A DNA stretch of 64,000 nucleotides, from positions 25,828-89,827 of IMG/VR virus record IMGVR_UViG_3300042894_002524, one strand, 5' to 3'. The notes beneath the pieces are model-generated. The model did not search any database and had not been told where the DNA came from. It saw nothing but the letters and a program-made list of their open reading frames with translations. Made by a program: the position numbers and the translations under genes. The stretch comes from a virus. Shown here in pieces: positions 30,001 to 37,681 of the stretch. How positions within the stretch are numbered: the first letter of the stretch is position 1; each line of letters opens with the position of its first letter.

Positions 30001-32909
30001 GACAAGTCCACAGCTGTAGCAGCAGCACCTGTTGGAGAAGGTGTTCCTGTTGCAGTTGTAGGCTTTTGTCCAAGTGTTACCGGAGTTACGACAGCGCCTG
30101 ACAATCCTGCGGGCGGTGCATTGGTTGGAGCACCGCTTGCAGCAGGAGATGGTCTTCCGGTTGCTGCTGCTTTTGCATTACAAACACAAGCTTGAATTGC
30201 TTGAAGAGTGGAAAGAATTTGGCTAAGGATATCTCTAAGTGTTGTAATACCCCCAATTGCTGATGTGATAGGGGCTGGAGTCGGAACTGCTGGTCCGTAT
30301 GGTGCAGCATCACGGACACCACCAGTCGCAGGATCAATACCCGCTCCTGTCGCATTATTTGATGCTCCTCTGATTCTAAGAAACTTTTGGGCTGCTTTTC
30401 TGAAAATGCTGGCTGTCTTTTTAGATTGCTCTTGAAGAAGTTCATTCACCATCTTGTTTGTTTGATAAATAGGATCTAATGACCTTACATAATCTTTTGT
30501 TGCTTGATCAAGACCGTAGAAATTCTTTTGCGATTGCAAAGCCGTACCATCTAGAACGGCTTTACGACCAGCCAGTTGCTTGATATACTTACCACCCTTT
30601 GATTTCTCCTTAGCAGTAAGCTCTTCTCCCCGATCTTGCTTTGCAATAATTGGAGCAAGTTTTTCAAGTCTCTTTGCATCTTTTCTAGAGGTAAAGATTT
30701 TTCCATCTTGTCCAAATTTCCTAAAGTTACCGCCAATTCTTAATGCAATGTCGCTTGTCTTCATGAGAGACTGATTTAGTTCAACAACATTTCCTTTAAA
30801 CCGTTTGATACCGCCAGCACGAACATTGTTGAATATCGCACCAAGCTGTCCTACTGCACCAATAGTTCTCATTAGTGGTCCAATAAGAGCCAATAGAATT
30901 AGCATTACTCCCAGTATTTTCTTAATTGGGTCCGAAAGTTCTCTAAAGAATTTAGCTATTCTTTCAATGATCGGGTTAATCTGTTCAAGAATTCCTCCAA
31001 ACACAGAGGTTAATTCACGAGCAATCGACTTAGCAGCCTCTCTTGCTTTACCATATTGAACTTCGACAGAGTTCCGTACACGCTCTAATTCGTCATTCTT
31101 ATTTTCTTCGGTTAAAGACTTACCATACAACTGAGCGGTAAGAAGTTTTCCTGATTCTGTTTGAATATTATTAAACTCTTTACCGAGTTTATTCTGTCTT
31201 TCTTGCTTCTTTGTATTATCAAGCATAACTTTTCCACTGTATTCATATTGAGTTATTCCATTTTTTTGGAGAGCTTGATTTGCATTTCTAAGGTTAAAAA
31301 GAGCTACCTCTTGTCCAGCCTGAATTGCTAAAGCTTTGGCTTTGTAATTTCCATCTTCATCCATCTCTTGAGCTGCAGATGTAAGATTGGCTATTTCTTG
31401 AAGATTCCCAATTTTTATTTCATCTTCTTTTTTGGTAAATCCACGAATTTTTAATTGAGTATTTATAGCATCCTCAGCCTGTTTTGCCATCTTTTGCTCT
31501 TGAGTTCCAACTGCTTTTAATCTCTTATCATATTTATTCATTTGAGCAATGGCAACTTCCATTCTTGGACCCTGACGAACACCAAACAATTTAGAGAAGA
31601 ATACTAATTGATCAGCTTTGCTAAGTTTTGCCTTAAGCAAATCATAGTTAGTAATAAGATCCATAAGTCCACCTGCACCCAAACCAAGAGATGGAGCAAA
31701 TTCCTTGCCAATAGTATCGCTTAAATCTTTAAGCATGTCTTTGTTCTGTTTGGTTGTTGCAACCATTCTCTGCAAAGAAACTTTAATGGAGTTCGCTGAG
31801 GCTCCAACCTGAAATGATGCACCAATCATTGGTACAAGCAATGCAGCTGTTGTTTGCATATTTAAACCAAAAGAGGTTGCAGCAGCGGTTACTTCAGGAA
31901 AGGCTTCTGCAATGTTATTAAGAGATAGCGTTGTTTTGTTTTCAGCAAAGTTGAAGAAAGCAATTGCTCCATTAATCTCTTCTGTCATCTGCTTAAGCGA
32001 CTTTTCACTCGTTACATCCAACCCCTTGTCTGTTCTAATTCTAGAAATAGTTTGGAACATAGCCTGAATTGTTGATTGAGCTTGTGTAATGTCAATATTA
32101 CCCAATTTTTCAAATTCAACAGTTAATTCAGTCAATCTCGCCAATGACTCTGGTGCAGAAATACCAAGCTCAGCAAAATCTCCAGCAAGACCCTGCACAA
32201 GTTCTCTTGATACACCCCATTTACTTGTGATTTTGTCAAGACCATCTCCAAGGGTTTTTACTGCATACTGAAGGTCGGTATATCCTTTTGCAGCCCCAGC
32301 TGTGTTCTTGACAGAATCATCGAAAGAGTCAGCCATTAGTTTGGTTGAACGAATGACTTGTTTATCTAACGCTCTGAATGATGAAAACCCCATCCGGAAG
32401 AAAGCAACAAGTGGCAGGGTGAGACCCATAGACATGCGTGTTCCAGCGTTGGTCATTCTTTGCGAGAATGCATTGAGTTGAGAACCCATTTGCTGGAAGT
32501 TCATTGCTCGCATTGAGTTTCCAATTTGTTTTTGCATGGAGTCCATAACTCTCAATTGAGTTATGTATGCACGGATAGGAACAGTATTTAACCCGGCGGA
32601 TTGCAGACGACCAAGTTGTGAGTTAAGAGCATCAGCCTGTATACGGCTATTTCGAAAAGAAGCTGACAATGCGTGTTGACTTAACGCATTACCTTTTAGA
32701 GATGTATTCAGCGAACTAGAGTTTCTTGAAAGTCTAGATATCGCTGCACCAACAGCATTGGTTGCACCAACAGCACTTTGACTTGTTGCTTTTAAACCAT
32801 TAAGAGAACGAACAGTGTTGCTTAATTGACCGTTTATGCGTTGAAGAGCAGCCGAAAGCCGGTCATTCATTTCGGCTCTAACTAGGATTTCGGCTTGTGC
32901 GTCACTCAT
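21006..32909 (-). CDS. Tape measure protein (3967 aa) with C-terminal peptidoglycan-binding-like domain
   Basis: MSMGLTLPL core, hydrophobic helical repeats, GGEYVI motif, follows tail chaperones; AALKSFQ...DGNLGPSTAKAL near C-terminus. Confidence 0.95.
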   Translation of the reverse strand: MSDAQAEILVRAEMNDRLSAALQRINGQLSNTVRSLNGLKATSQSAVGATNAVGAAISRLSRNSSSLNTSLKGNALSQHALSASFRNSRIQADALNSQLGRLQSAGLNTVPIRAYITQLRVMDSMQKQIGNSMRAMNFQQMGSQLNAFSQRMTNAGTRMSMGLTLPLVAFFRMGFSSFRALDKQVIRSTKLMADSFDDSVKNTAGAAKGYTDLQYAVKTLGDGLDKITSKWGVSRELVQGLAGDFAELGISAPESLARLTELTVEFEKLGNIDITQAQSTIQAMFQTISRIRTDKGLDVTSEKSLKQMTEEINGAIAFFNFAENKTTLSLNNIAEAFPEVTAAATSFGLNMQTTAALLVPMIGASFQVGASANSIKVSLQRMVATTKQNKDMLKDLSDTIGKEFAPSLGLGAGGLMDLITNYDLLKAKLSKADQLVFFSKLFGVRQGPRMEVAIAQMNKYDKRLKAVGTQEQKMAKQAEDAINTQLKIRGFTKKEDEIKIGNLQEIANLTSAAQEMDEDGNYKAKALAIQAGQEVALFNLRNANQALQKNGITQYEYSGKVMLDNTKKQERQNKLGKEFNNIQTESGKLLTAQLYGKSLTEENKNDELERVRNSVEVQYGKAREAAKSIARELTSVFGGILEQINPIIERIAKFFRELSDPIKKILGVMLILLALIGPLMRTIGAVGQLGAIFNNVRAGGIKRFKGNVVELNQSLMKTSDIALRIGGNFRKFGQDGKIFTSRKDAKRLEKLAPIIAKQDRGEELTAKEKSKGGKYIKQLAGRKAVLDGTALQSQKNFYGLDQATKDYVRSLDPIYQTNKMVNELLQEQSKKTASIFRKAAQKFLRIRGASNNATGAGIDPATGGVRDAAPYGPAVPTPAPITSAIGGITTLRDILSQILSTLQAIQACVCNAKAAATGRPSPAASGAPTNAPPAGLSGAVVTPVTLGQKPTTATGTPSPTGAAATAVDLSNLSDEELAASKARLEKEAKQLEAEAKETAKILAKAEKEKRKLAEKQYKNALKKKLFSTESVVGALKPQLNVRSGLPANFMNPMAMMNAMKPTMPEIPAGGDILKPAIDKGMHAVAEAVMVSIGKKPVAPAASPIPAAIEAATATAEETVATDVKQKAKRGRGRPKAAGPIPAAIDIAVAEGEKTVAEAIVADTKKTRGRPKGTTKKPAVTPAVSTAQRDYAAVDGFGRAVSGPNKATVDLEAAGASIKKLLNLEGTAKSAILTKDSLIKLFTILGQDVPVKLRQLDSLVNKEGEAIKVNLSTLGKIAGAIKTGVAGKALAPDAKVGAAFTGTSAKTSPFYAKNFNEAVSSSVGNIKYKPVTAIKPEDIAVAKESVAQVTEFEKERQILKDKIKILADQARVIKGKIDDLVAQESRAAKVGNLSLARVLQIKILSEKRKMSDVQRAISELKRTTDLINTELQSVRQSANLAFNNAQQQIASSGGVPFAGAKGKGMPFGSTTARARAKRTGERYTGLVYGGRDSKGDPTEELRERREVTRPSYSRNDPEEKDRQARRVALRPKRKAGIELLRQAVTQQPDYIEREKRRVAQAARDAEFAAKQEADRLAKQQEAALKKLGVKPEKVEPVQSSPIKRGFMSKEQFLAGQAENLQSLNEQIKAANDSARSAKRAVKNLETQIQEVTESKKRIPGGKKNAIDELTTRLEDAKKKAEQAKAAAKAAKDDIARINAYDPAKGGLPPKPVAPDISAAVRPKSLSAGVPTGATTLGNINSQLSATLQIPTAVLDQFYQTLKIQGKGLAEVASNAGLQATDDLALLKQELLKIGLTIEQALAKPAETLKQLQAVKFQDSGEVQALFQRLVMFARDVANKGVEKAFQDTIARFQNLKPGAAVKPASAKPASAPANKAAYGFGLESADQKILAEQIKSQIIAQNKAAIDFMKFETKTLEYIGRAFAIEGRGKGKKEVVVANLIKKLKEMGIAVEKAIVTEAIAPINAAKDAVTTTAATAAGASVGKPKAPVTAQPGNVIGNLGATQIQNFMSIANSVSEDSATFATQVNRLAQKAGLEGQETSVIIQKILSAFEVYLKNNGLTEAQLRQADALLREIATGTARPFSVAASKVYESARGSKEEPKASGLRGKAVGATADETAKVVEAEKNLTVAVEKTIADAAKAVTISANAAANPRLAAIASGVKLSPLASPTTGVAGPKATDATPAVAVRTPYSMPYINEINSQAINTKAVADSIAENIRLASSGTAKKVQSMLSGIQELVRSVHGAQIAKDFAFITGGNITDALKYLDRIIQEKLVKEAEKVKAVADTVKVAPVAPAPPVAPKPPVATAPVYPAPPSKPMLMLNAAKESPRRAAAQAKAAAAAVGTVGTTPIEMPRARVNLREMIAERLAIKATMEAETAAMAERIRSNVALSQAIRERSRAMDVANRSDRVQKLIDATPIPPRPSAGRNRIPLTREEFTGQTIAKTANVMFNPIKQVKVIGSALGSIGGALESVAKRVSPKRFGDQNVYKARDYMGEARRTTFGRIADRNLQVTSRQSRIAEKDARVIAKETRATDRPNRNIARLTQSQLPSQFRQAINPSIDTLKAIAKTYGPPIKSAMNFAKKKSIEGLKIAGQVTRELTLLPVRVPIVFTTGLIEAHKFAMKGVRAGIAKLDSIAFFNTTYTGAAIITLAITLEKGLTKLGSAMTMGGQALLTSGQIAAKFVQTAFTNPKQALAMASTGLTNSKDLLFKAGAGLVAAASSIKVGAIKLAQSAGSAAVAGAKMAGGAIGKAAMAPVRGVKTMFVGGSTFVPQGTDAAGNAIATKKGGLFRRSVTQTTDATTGMMTEQRGKGMFGRMKGGLGKGVMGGIRGLGTAAGSMSSMMLYQLGPAGMALQGPLNKVIGLLTKTKGAFFGVTIPILLVVGAIFLLKKTFSAYGDKTTGVAENFKKAFAAVMVVVNMLKTAFFDFFASLFGGAESSGEATGNIATVVTKVAEATRKFAVAFQAFFTKYILPAIYTMLSGFSMIIRAIFSFVSNLVKFVMAIVSFFRGGGDKAKEAMVSAMKGMLKAIVNALKGLLKMVLPMLSLLIKAVTKVVELIVQLFEWLVIGVINLIRYMVKGVINLVFTIVKAYVFIIDKIIELFVLLETTAIKIATEMVIAVIKIFFGIVKGTVAVVKGIISIWAKLPAGVGKGIGMIGSLIAGLMRGIGDKLAGLWGIGGKLKDALYSVADGFEKASNAVEGVGGAATAKLESGIDAIFTPLENGISGLQNKAVGLVRGISGALIKGVSSLNGVGDAVMNVVQGIQNKLLGSVDIAADTANAFIGGFSDAIAGAGNGIVDWLAGLVDGNDIKEKIGDSLKDAVKNVAKDPSAANEAGRAIADAIGEGIKSLKDNFYDKVISNLSDSLGKLKDQITKALEKQKDQSLKFFDDQIAAIDALAAADAELTAEKQKQEDERLRIAERALQRDSYLKNRALAIYEGRIDDARTLGLEEAKNQQEFNKETEKNAKDAQAAAKAKNVEAAKKVIENQKQVASDQFDKDLEDFQTFIENIGKNGTLTAAELTTQFNELKARADLTSSGMQAAFQGYYNALPTLIANNTAPTVGFFTSSMDALIAGAAAKYGLDTGTTDPATMLGITNGMMSNLGTVYTTGFTTVVAPAYNDGQELLAGIAREFADPSASNPKSAAGIYASAIANATAAVRAEFMKMKTDASSAFAEVVAAINDELKGLAITKAIADAAEELKNTGGGTAPSGGSATSPATGVTGPTAPTGFGPLGLTQTAFEALAGKDRLFKLNDSNDYIKSAKAALAFYGYTGFDVNSTKMGTGTVAALKSFQKKYPVGGNNDGNLGPSTAKALGLFSGVGVQKKFMGGMIKRAVGGVVPGYSTEGVPAILHGGEYVISSKAVQNLGLGLLTQLNGLKHGVPSFNVPKPQMPSASGLNMSVTSHSQSETTQNYNFYVDNFIGEDQWFESMMKDYNIKVVPNNQKAAGLESRVVRTYNGINRGM

Positions 32910-32956
32910 GATTGTCTTAGTTAATAATAAGGCATTGAGCCAATAAAAGCAATTTA

Positions 32957-33280
32957 TTATTGTTGTTCATAACCCAATCCAAATGGTATTGAACCAATAT
33001 TTGAAGAGCCAATTACTTCTGGTGGTTCTGGATCGAACCAATCTTCATTCATATCAACATCTGCTCCTTGTGAAGCAGCCAGCATCTTCATTTGATTTGA
33101 ATTTTCATTCATACATGCACGATAAAGAAGAAACATCTCATCAAGCGTGAGACTCTCTTCTAGCTCTACAATGTTCTTCCAAGCACCGCTTCGTATAAAA
33201 ATTTCTGATTCATATTTGAGGAGAGGGATGTCTTCCCAACTTGTGGGATCACCTGTTCCACTCTCCCCTGTTAGGAAGGG
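32957..33280 (-). CDS. Tail assembly chaperone, -1 frameshift extension (absent from ORF track)
   Basis: Open -1 frame of 108 codons: PFLTGESGTGDPTSWEDIPLLKYESEIFIRSGAWKNIVELEESLTLDEMF...GYEQQ; fills the gap before the tape measure. Confidence 0.8.
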   Translation of the reverse strand, partial: PFLTGESGTGDPTSWEDIPLLKYESEIFIRSGAWKNIVELEESLTLDEMFLLYRACMNENSNQMKMLAASQGADVDMNEDWFDPEPPEVIGSSNIGSIPFGLGYEQQ

Positions 33281-33573
33281 TCTGAACCCATTGCTGCGCC
33301 CATCAGTTCGCCAAAGCAGCGAAGGTCAAGCGCATCTTCAAGTGCTTCTTGATTAGCAGCAAGTGCAGGATCCACAGCGATAAGCGCAATCCCAGCAGCT
33401 TCCACCATGATATCAATATCAGCGTCTTCAAGTGTGTCATCAGTCTTGAGGTCTTTAATTACCTTCATGAACTTACGAAGGTTTCTGATTGTGAGTGGCT
33501 TAATTGTTCTTGTCTTACCATCAGCAAAAAGGATATCCGTTCCTCCGATAATGTCAGCATTCTTTTCAGTCAT
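33271..33573 (-). CDS. Tail assembly chaperone
   Basis: Lies between major tail and tape measure genes; IKPLTIRNLRKFM; ends CCT-TCC-TAA. Confidence 0.85.
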   Translation of the reverse strand: MTEKNADIIGGTDILFADGKTRTIKPLTIRNLRKFMKVIKDLKTDDTLEDADIDIMVEAAGIALIAVDPALAANQEALEDALDLRCFGELMGAAMGSDPS

Positions 33574-33583
33574 ATTATATTTT

Positions 33584-33651
33584 CTCCTTGAGTTTTGGGA
33601 TTCGAAAATCCCTCAAGTTCCAAGTATAGCACAAGGGCTTGAGGGATTCTC
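33584..33651 (-). promoter_or_regulatory. Competing RNA hairpins with an embedded -10 element upstream of the tail chaperone
   Basis: Arm A 33638-33651 pairs with arm B 33604-33617 (14 bp); B can instead pair with 33587-33600 over a TTCG loop; TATACT at 33623-33628. Confidence 0.6.
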
Positions 33652-33694
33652 AGACAATCATTTAGATTTTAATTAGTTTTTAATTGTTACTTAT

Positions 33695-34270
33695 TCAGCT
33701 TTGATCGATGATCTTTCCGTACTCGTAACCAGTGTCTTCAACTTTTGGTAGAATTCTGAAGCCGACTGCAAAGACGGATGCCTCTGCACGCTTCATCGTC
33801 AATGTGGTTGATTCCATTGAAATTGCACGCTTCGTATAGAACTTGCGAGTCTTGGTTGCGCCAGCGGTTGTGCCGGGAGCATAGCCTTGGATAACAAGTG
33901 CCTTTTCGTATGGGAACACGGTTTGCGCTCCGAACAAGAAAGTCTTGGTATTTGCACCATCGTTGTTAGCCACAACATCGGTTGTTCCAACCGAGTCGTA
34001 GTTCCAAGCGAGAGCGAGGTTGTTTAAGGTTGCCTCTGCCATAGTCGTCTTGACCATAACTTTTACCTTTGATTGTACGATTCTTGCTGCGTCACCGAAC
34101 TGATCAATTTCAATGTCGACCATATCTGGTTCCCATGAGATTTCTACACCGTTCTGAGTCGCACCGAGGTCATCGAAACCATCCATTGCGTTGATGGTTG
34201 TTGCGTTAGCCGAGTCGCCAACTTTAATAGTTGCCTCTCCGACTACAATGTTTGAAACATTAACTGCCAT
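33695..34270 (-). CDS. Major tail tube protein
   Basis: NIVVG...DLGATQNGV...EIDQ...TTMAEATLNNL; synteny. Confidence 0.88.
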   Translation of the reverse strand: MAVNVSNIVVGEATIKVGDSANATTINAMDGFDDLGATQNGVEISWEPDMVDIEIDQFGDAARIVQSKVKVMVKTTMAEATLNNLALAWNYDSVGTTDVVANNDGANTKTFLFGAQTVFPYEKALVIQGYAPGTTAGATKTRKFYTKRAISMESTTLTMKRAEASVFAVGFRILPKVEDTGYEYGKIIDQS

Positions 34271-34287
34271 TTTAATTTTCTCCTAAA

Positions 34288-34482
34288 TTATTCAAGGACA
34301 AATATTCTTTTGCCCTTTTTATCACGCCACTTAGCGATCTTCTTGACATGATCAGGGCGGATTTCTCCACCTCTTGTGCCGATTCCGAGTCCTTTATTCC
34401 ACTCAAAATCGTAGGTATTTCGACCTACCCTGACTATGTAGCCGGGAGTCTTCCCGACATATGTAATAGTAGTATACTGCAT
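34288..34482 (-). CDS. Hypothetical small basic protein
   Basis: Clean ORF preceded by TGGTACACT -10-like element. Confidence 0.7.
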   Translation of the reverse strand: MQYTTITYVGKTPGYIVRVGRNTYDFEWNKGLGIGTRGGEIRPDHVKKIAKWRDKKGKRIFVLE

Positions 34483-34520
34483 ATATTATTAGTGTACCAC
34501 TTTATCTAGACTGACATTGT

Positions 34521-34952
34521 TTATTCTGATACATAACACAATTTAAAATCTAAATTCATTCTATACCAACCATTAATTTCTAATGGAGCTATTAAATTAG
34601 ACCCTGTTTGGTAGCAGGAAAAGATGCGAGTATCTGTGCCGTTGACTCCACCCGATGTCTGTATTTGGTCGCCATGACCCAGAATTTCAACAAACCTTTC
34701 CGATAGGCGGAATAGGCGATCTGCATTTGTATCAAAAATAGAATATTTGACTGCATCGTATCTCATCCAATAAGCCTCAACATCCGGAATCATTGGGTTG
34801 TAGAAATACACCACGAATGGGGCTGGCTCAGAATCCGTTGCCACGACTGGGAAGAAGTTGAGAGTCTTTCCTGCAATTGATGTTATTGTAGCGTCAGCCT
34901 TTAGAAAAGCATTAAGGTCGTAAACGGCAATGGTTGATATCGTCATTATCAA
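34521..34952 (-). CDS. Tail terminator/completion protein
   Basis: FFPVVA...PFVVY pattern, size and synteny. Confidence 0.7.
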   Translation of the reverse strand: MIMTISTIAVYDLNAFLKADATITSIAGKTLNFFPVVATDSEPAPFVVYFYNPMIPDVEAYWMRYDAVKYSIFDTNADRLFRLSERFVEILGHGDQIQTSGGVNGTDTRIFSCYQTGSNLIAPLEINGWYRMNLDFKLCYVSE

Positions 34953-35281
34953 ATTCCTCCCATCATATCTTGCCTAAGACAATCAACTAATTTTTGATGA
35001 ATATACGATTCCGCAAATGATGCGATATCCGAAGCGCTGGCACCAGTCTGCGCTTGAGTTACAAATTCATTCAAATTGGTTATATTGATTGAAAAAGTTT
35101 CCCCAGAAAAGGAAATATTGAAATCTGCATATCTTATGGCATCACCAAATCTAGACTCAAGTTCTGACTTTAAAGGTTCATATGATTCTGTAAATGTTCT
35201 TGAAACAGCTTCTTTTATATTATTAGGGATATTGCCAATCACATCCAATATTTGACCCAAGTTATGCGTTGCGGTCATCAT
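34949..35281 (-). CDS. Neck/tail completion protein (putative)
   Basis: Synteny between head closure and tail terminator genes. Confidence 0.55.
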   Translation of the reverse strand: MMTATHNLGQILDVIGNIPNNIKEAVSRTFTESYEPLKSELESRFGDAIRYADFNISFSGETFSINITNLNEFVTQAQTGASASDIASFAESYIHQKLVDCLRQDMMGGI

Positions 35282-35667
35282 GATGGTTCAACCACATTTC
35301 TGATAACGGCTAGAATATGAGACTTACGACCATTGAACCCAAATTTTGGCTGGATTGATATAATCTCAAAAGGACCAGCCTCTAGAACATCACCATATTT
35401 GTCTTTTATGTTTTGGACTCTGTTTGTATAATCAATATAGTCAGAATACTCACCCGGAATAAAGAGCTGATGAATAGAAATATAATCTTGGTAGGGGGCG
35501 ATTCTTTTACCACCATTACTGGTGTCCGAACTGCTGGATTGAATATAGATCGGTGCCGTTTTAATCAGGTTATATTGGAATGTCTTCTGTCCAGCAGGAC
35601 TGACAGTTGTTACCTTCTGATAAATGTCAGCGGTTTGGTTAAACCGTAAATAAGTTCCGAATGCCAT
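35278..35667 (-). CDS. Head closure (stopper) protein
   Basis: Size, beta-rich pattern ADIY...G...FEIISI; synteny. Confidence 0.65.
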   Translation of the reverse strand: MAFGTYLRFNQTADIYQKVTTVSPAGQKTFQYNLIKTAPIYIQSSSSDTSNGGKRIAPYQDYISIHQLFIPGEYSDYIDYTNRVQNIKDKYGDVLEAGPFEIISIQPKFGFNGRKSHILAVIRNVVEPS

Positions 35668-36593
35668 TAGACCACATAATCCATCACAAACAGTGTGTAA
35701 TCCATCAAGTAGACATCAGCTTCAATATTCCCGGTTGATTCATAGAACGACTGTTTCATCTGCATCTTAACAACATCCATATCAACGCTATGAATTCCAT
35801 GCCTTCTGTATTCAGAATCGTCATTCATCAAGTCAGCAATCAGGAGATCAGCTGCAAACTTCACATTGTTAGGTACATAGCCCCAACCGAAGTCTCCTTC
35901 AATCTTGTACTCTCTTTTTGCTTTCCATGAGTTGGGAACAATCAGGGTATCGTTCTTATCAATCGTATCTGATTTGAAACGAATGTAATAAGAAGCTTCA
36001 AAGTTTAAAGGCTGCTTAACTCTCTCAACATTATTAACTGTTGGCAAGGTTGCATCAAACAGAACCTCTTCGTATGTACGACCCGGATCTTGGGTAACTT
36101 TGGTTAAATTATAAACAGGGTATGGGAGATGAAGGTTTGCGTGATTGTTTCCATCAATTGTAATGGACTTGTCTGGGTAGTAATCAAATGACTGACCGCA
36201 GTAGGTGTCAATGATTGCCCTGACCCGCTTTTCGTATCGGTCAAAGAGTGACCCTTTAGACTCTTGCAATTCCGGATAGGAAATGAAGAAATCAGCAGCA
36301 GTAGTGTAGGGGGTATAGACATTAATGTACTGAGCCTGTGTATATGAAACCCCAGAAACCGTATAGGTGAATTCTGTACGGTGCCTGCCTGCTGCATTTA
36401 AAATATAGATACCAGACGCTTGCTGTCCCAATGTTATTGTATAAACGCCTGCAGAGGCTCTAGAGGCACTCACAGGACCGTGTACAAGGTCTCCCAGCTC
36501 ATGATAAACAGAGACACTGACCAGATTTGAAGTGGGGTCAGCGGGGAGAGTGAGGGTTAGGGTCTTGGATGTGTTTACTTTTACATCTTCCAT
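35667..36593 (-). CDS. Head-to-tail adaptor with N-terminal Ig-like domain
   Basis: IIDTYCGQSF and FGWGYVPNNVKFAADLL adaptor motifs; AGVYTITL Ig-like N-terminus. Confidence 0.8.
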   Translation of the reverse strand: MEDVKVNTSKTLTLTLPADPTSNLVSVSVYHELGDLVHGPVSASRASAGVYTITLGQQASGIYILNAAGRHRTEFTYTVSGVSYTQAQYINVYTPYTTAADFFISYPELQESKGSLFDRYEKRVRAIIDTYCGQSFDYYPDKSITIDGNNHANLHLPYPVYNLTKVTQDPGRTYEEVLFDATLPTVNNVERVKQPLNFEASYYIRFKSDTIDKNDTLIVPNSWKAKREYKIEGDFGWGYVPNNVKFAADLLIADLMNDDSEYRRHGIHSVDMDVVKMQMKQSFYESTGNIEADVYLMDYTLFVMDYVV

Positions 36594-36634
36594 TATGCTT
36601 TAAGTATACAGCATATGGTTTTAATCAGTAAATC

Positions 36635-36925
36635 CTAAAACCACCAAAAATGCTTTAGAATAGACAAGCTGGCTAGGATTACCCATAGCACATTGAAAAG
36701 GATAATTGTTGGCAAGGTCTTGCGGGTTGATGTCCAGATAAGACTTATGCTTGAGATGATGGCAAAGATATATAACCACCACCATTGTTTATCAAGAAGA
36801 AGACCCGGAAAGATGATTGCAATCTTTGTTGCAAAACCCCAAGCTTCCACTGAGTTAACCCTTGTCCAATAAGAACGACTACTCATCGTCTTGATTGCGT
36901 CAATTATCTTCTTAAAGAATACCAT
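36635..36925 (-). CDS. Small membrane protein (about 3 TM)
   Basis: Three hydrophobic segments; last gene of the oxygenase/halogenase run. Confidence 0.7.
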   Translation of the reverse strand: MVFFKKIIDAIKTMSSRSYWTRVNSVEAWGFATKIAIIFPGLLLDKQWWWLYIFAIISSISLIWTSTRKTLPTIILFNVLWVILASLSILKHFWWF

Positions 36926-37674
36926 TTTTTTCTTTCAATATCTTGATCATACTTCATTCTAATTCTTCTATAGAGCTGGCTATTATCCTGTTGCGAAAGA
37001 CTACCCTTACCAATCTCTTTCCCCATTCCATTTCCAATGTGAAATCTAGACATGCTTTCATTCCCAAAAACAAGTTTTTTAATATTCTCATTTCTTTTGA
37101 TGGGAACCATATGCTGCATGGGTGTACCGGCAGGAATTGTGAACTCTTTGTCAGTTAGAACGGATATTACAATATGTAATTGATTGTAATAATCTGTATG
37201 AACAATACCGGGCATAACCGTGTAATTCGGGTTTGGCTCATGGAGAATAGGCAAAGCCATCAAGGAAATACCTTTTGGTGTAAAATACCTCCAAGGAGTC
37301 ACGAGTTTTGGATAATTAAAATTTTTTAATTTTCGATTTTCGCCAAAAGGACAACCTTTTGCCATTTCAGTGCTAAAGCCATCTACATGAAAAGCGTAGT
37401 CATCACCATAGTTTCCTAGTTTATATTCAAATCTTACACCAGAAGCGTCTGGTCTAACCGTTACATCTGTCCACATAGGTATAATAAAACCATACTGGAG
37501 ATAGTCATAAGTTCCGTTGCACCTTCTTAGAGACATATCTTTAACAGGGAGATCCTTCCACCAAGATGGCAGATTCCCTTGAGCAGCATAGGGGGCGATA
37601 TCCAGCAAGCGATTGTCATTGGGGACAATTACAACCTCATTCTTTTTTGGTCTGGGGGTATCCCCCCTGAACAT
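36904..37674 (-). CDS. Phage protein of DUF6065-like/dUTPase-fold type
   Basis: PSWWK...RRC...GFIIPMW...PW...TPKG...PGIVHTD...IPAGTP...VPIKR pattern; likely start MFRG. Confidence 0.6.
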   Translation of the reverse strand: MFRGDTPRPKKNEVVIVPNDNRLLDIAPYAAQGNLPSWWKDLPVKDMSLRRCNGTYDYLQYGFIIPMWTDVTVRPDASGVRFEYKLGNYGDDYAFHVDGFSTEMAKGCPFGENRKLKNFNYPKLVTPWRYFTPKGISLMALPILHEPNPNYTVMPGIVHTDYYNQLHIVISVLTDKEFTIPAGTPMQHMVPIKRNENIKKLVFGNESMSRFHIGNGMGKEIGKGSLSQQDNSQLYRRIRMKYDQDIERKKWYSLRR

Positions 37675-37681
37675 TGCAATT

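Noticed and set aside
21691-32271. Many plus-strand ORFs opposite the tape measure (e.g. 29371..30195, 274 aa)
   Set aside because: Shadow frames caused by Ala/Gly/Thr codon bias; no SD or protein-like motifs.
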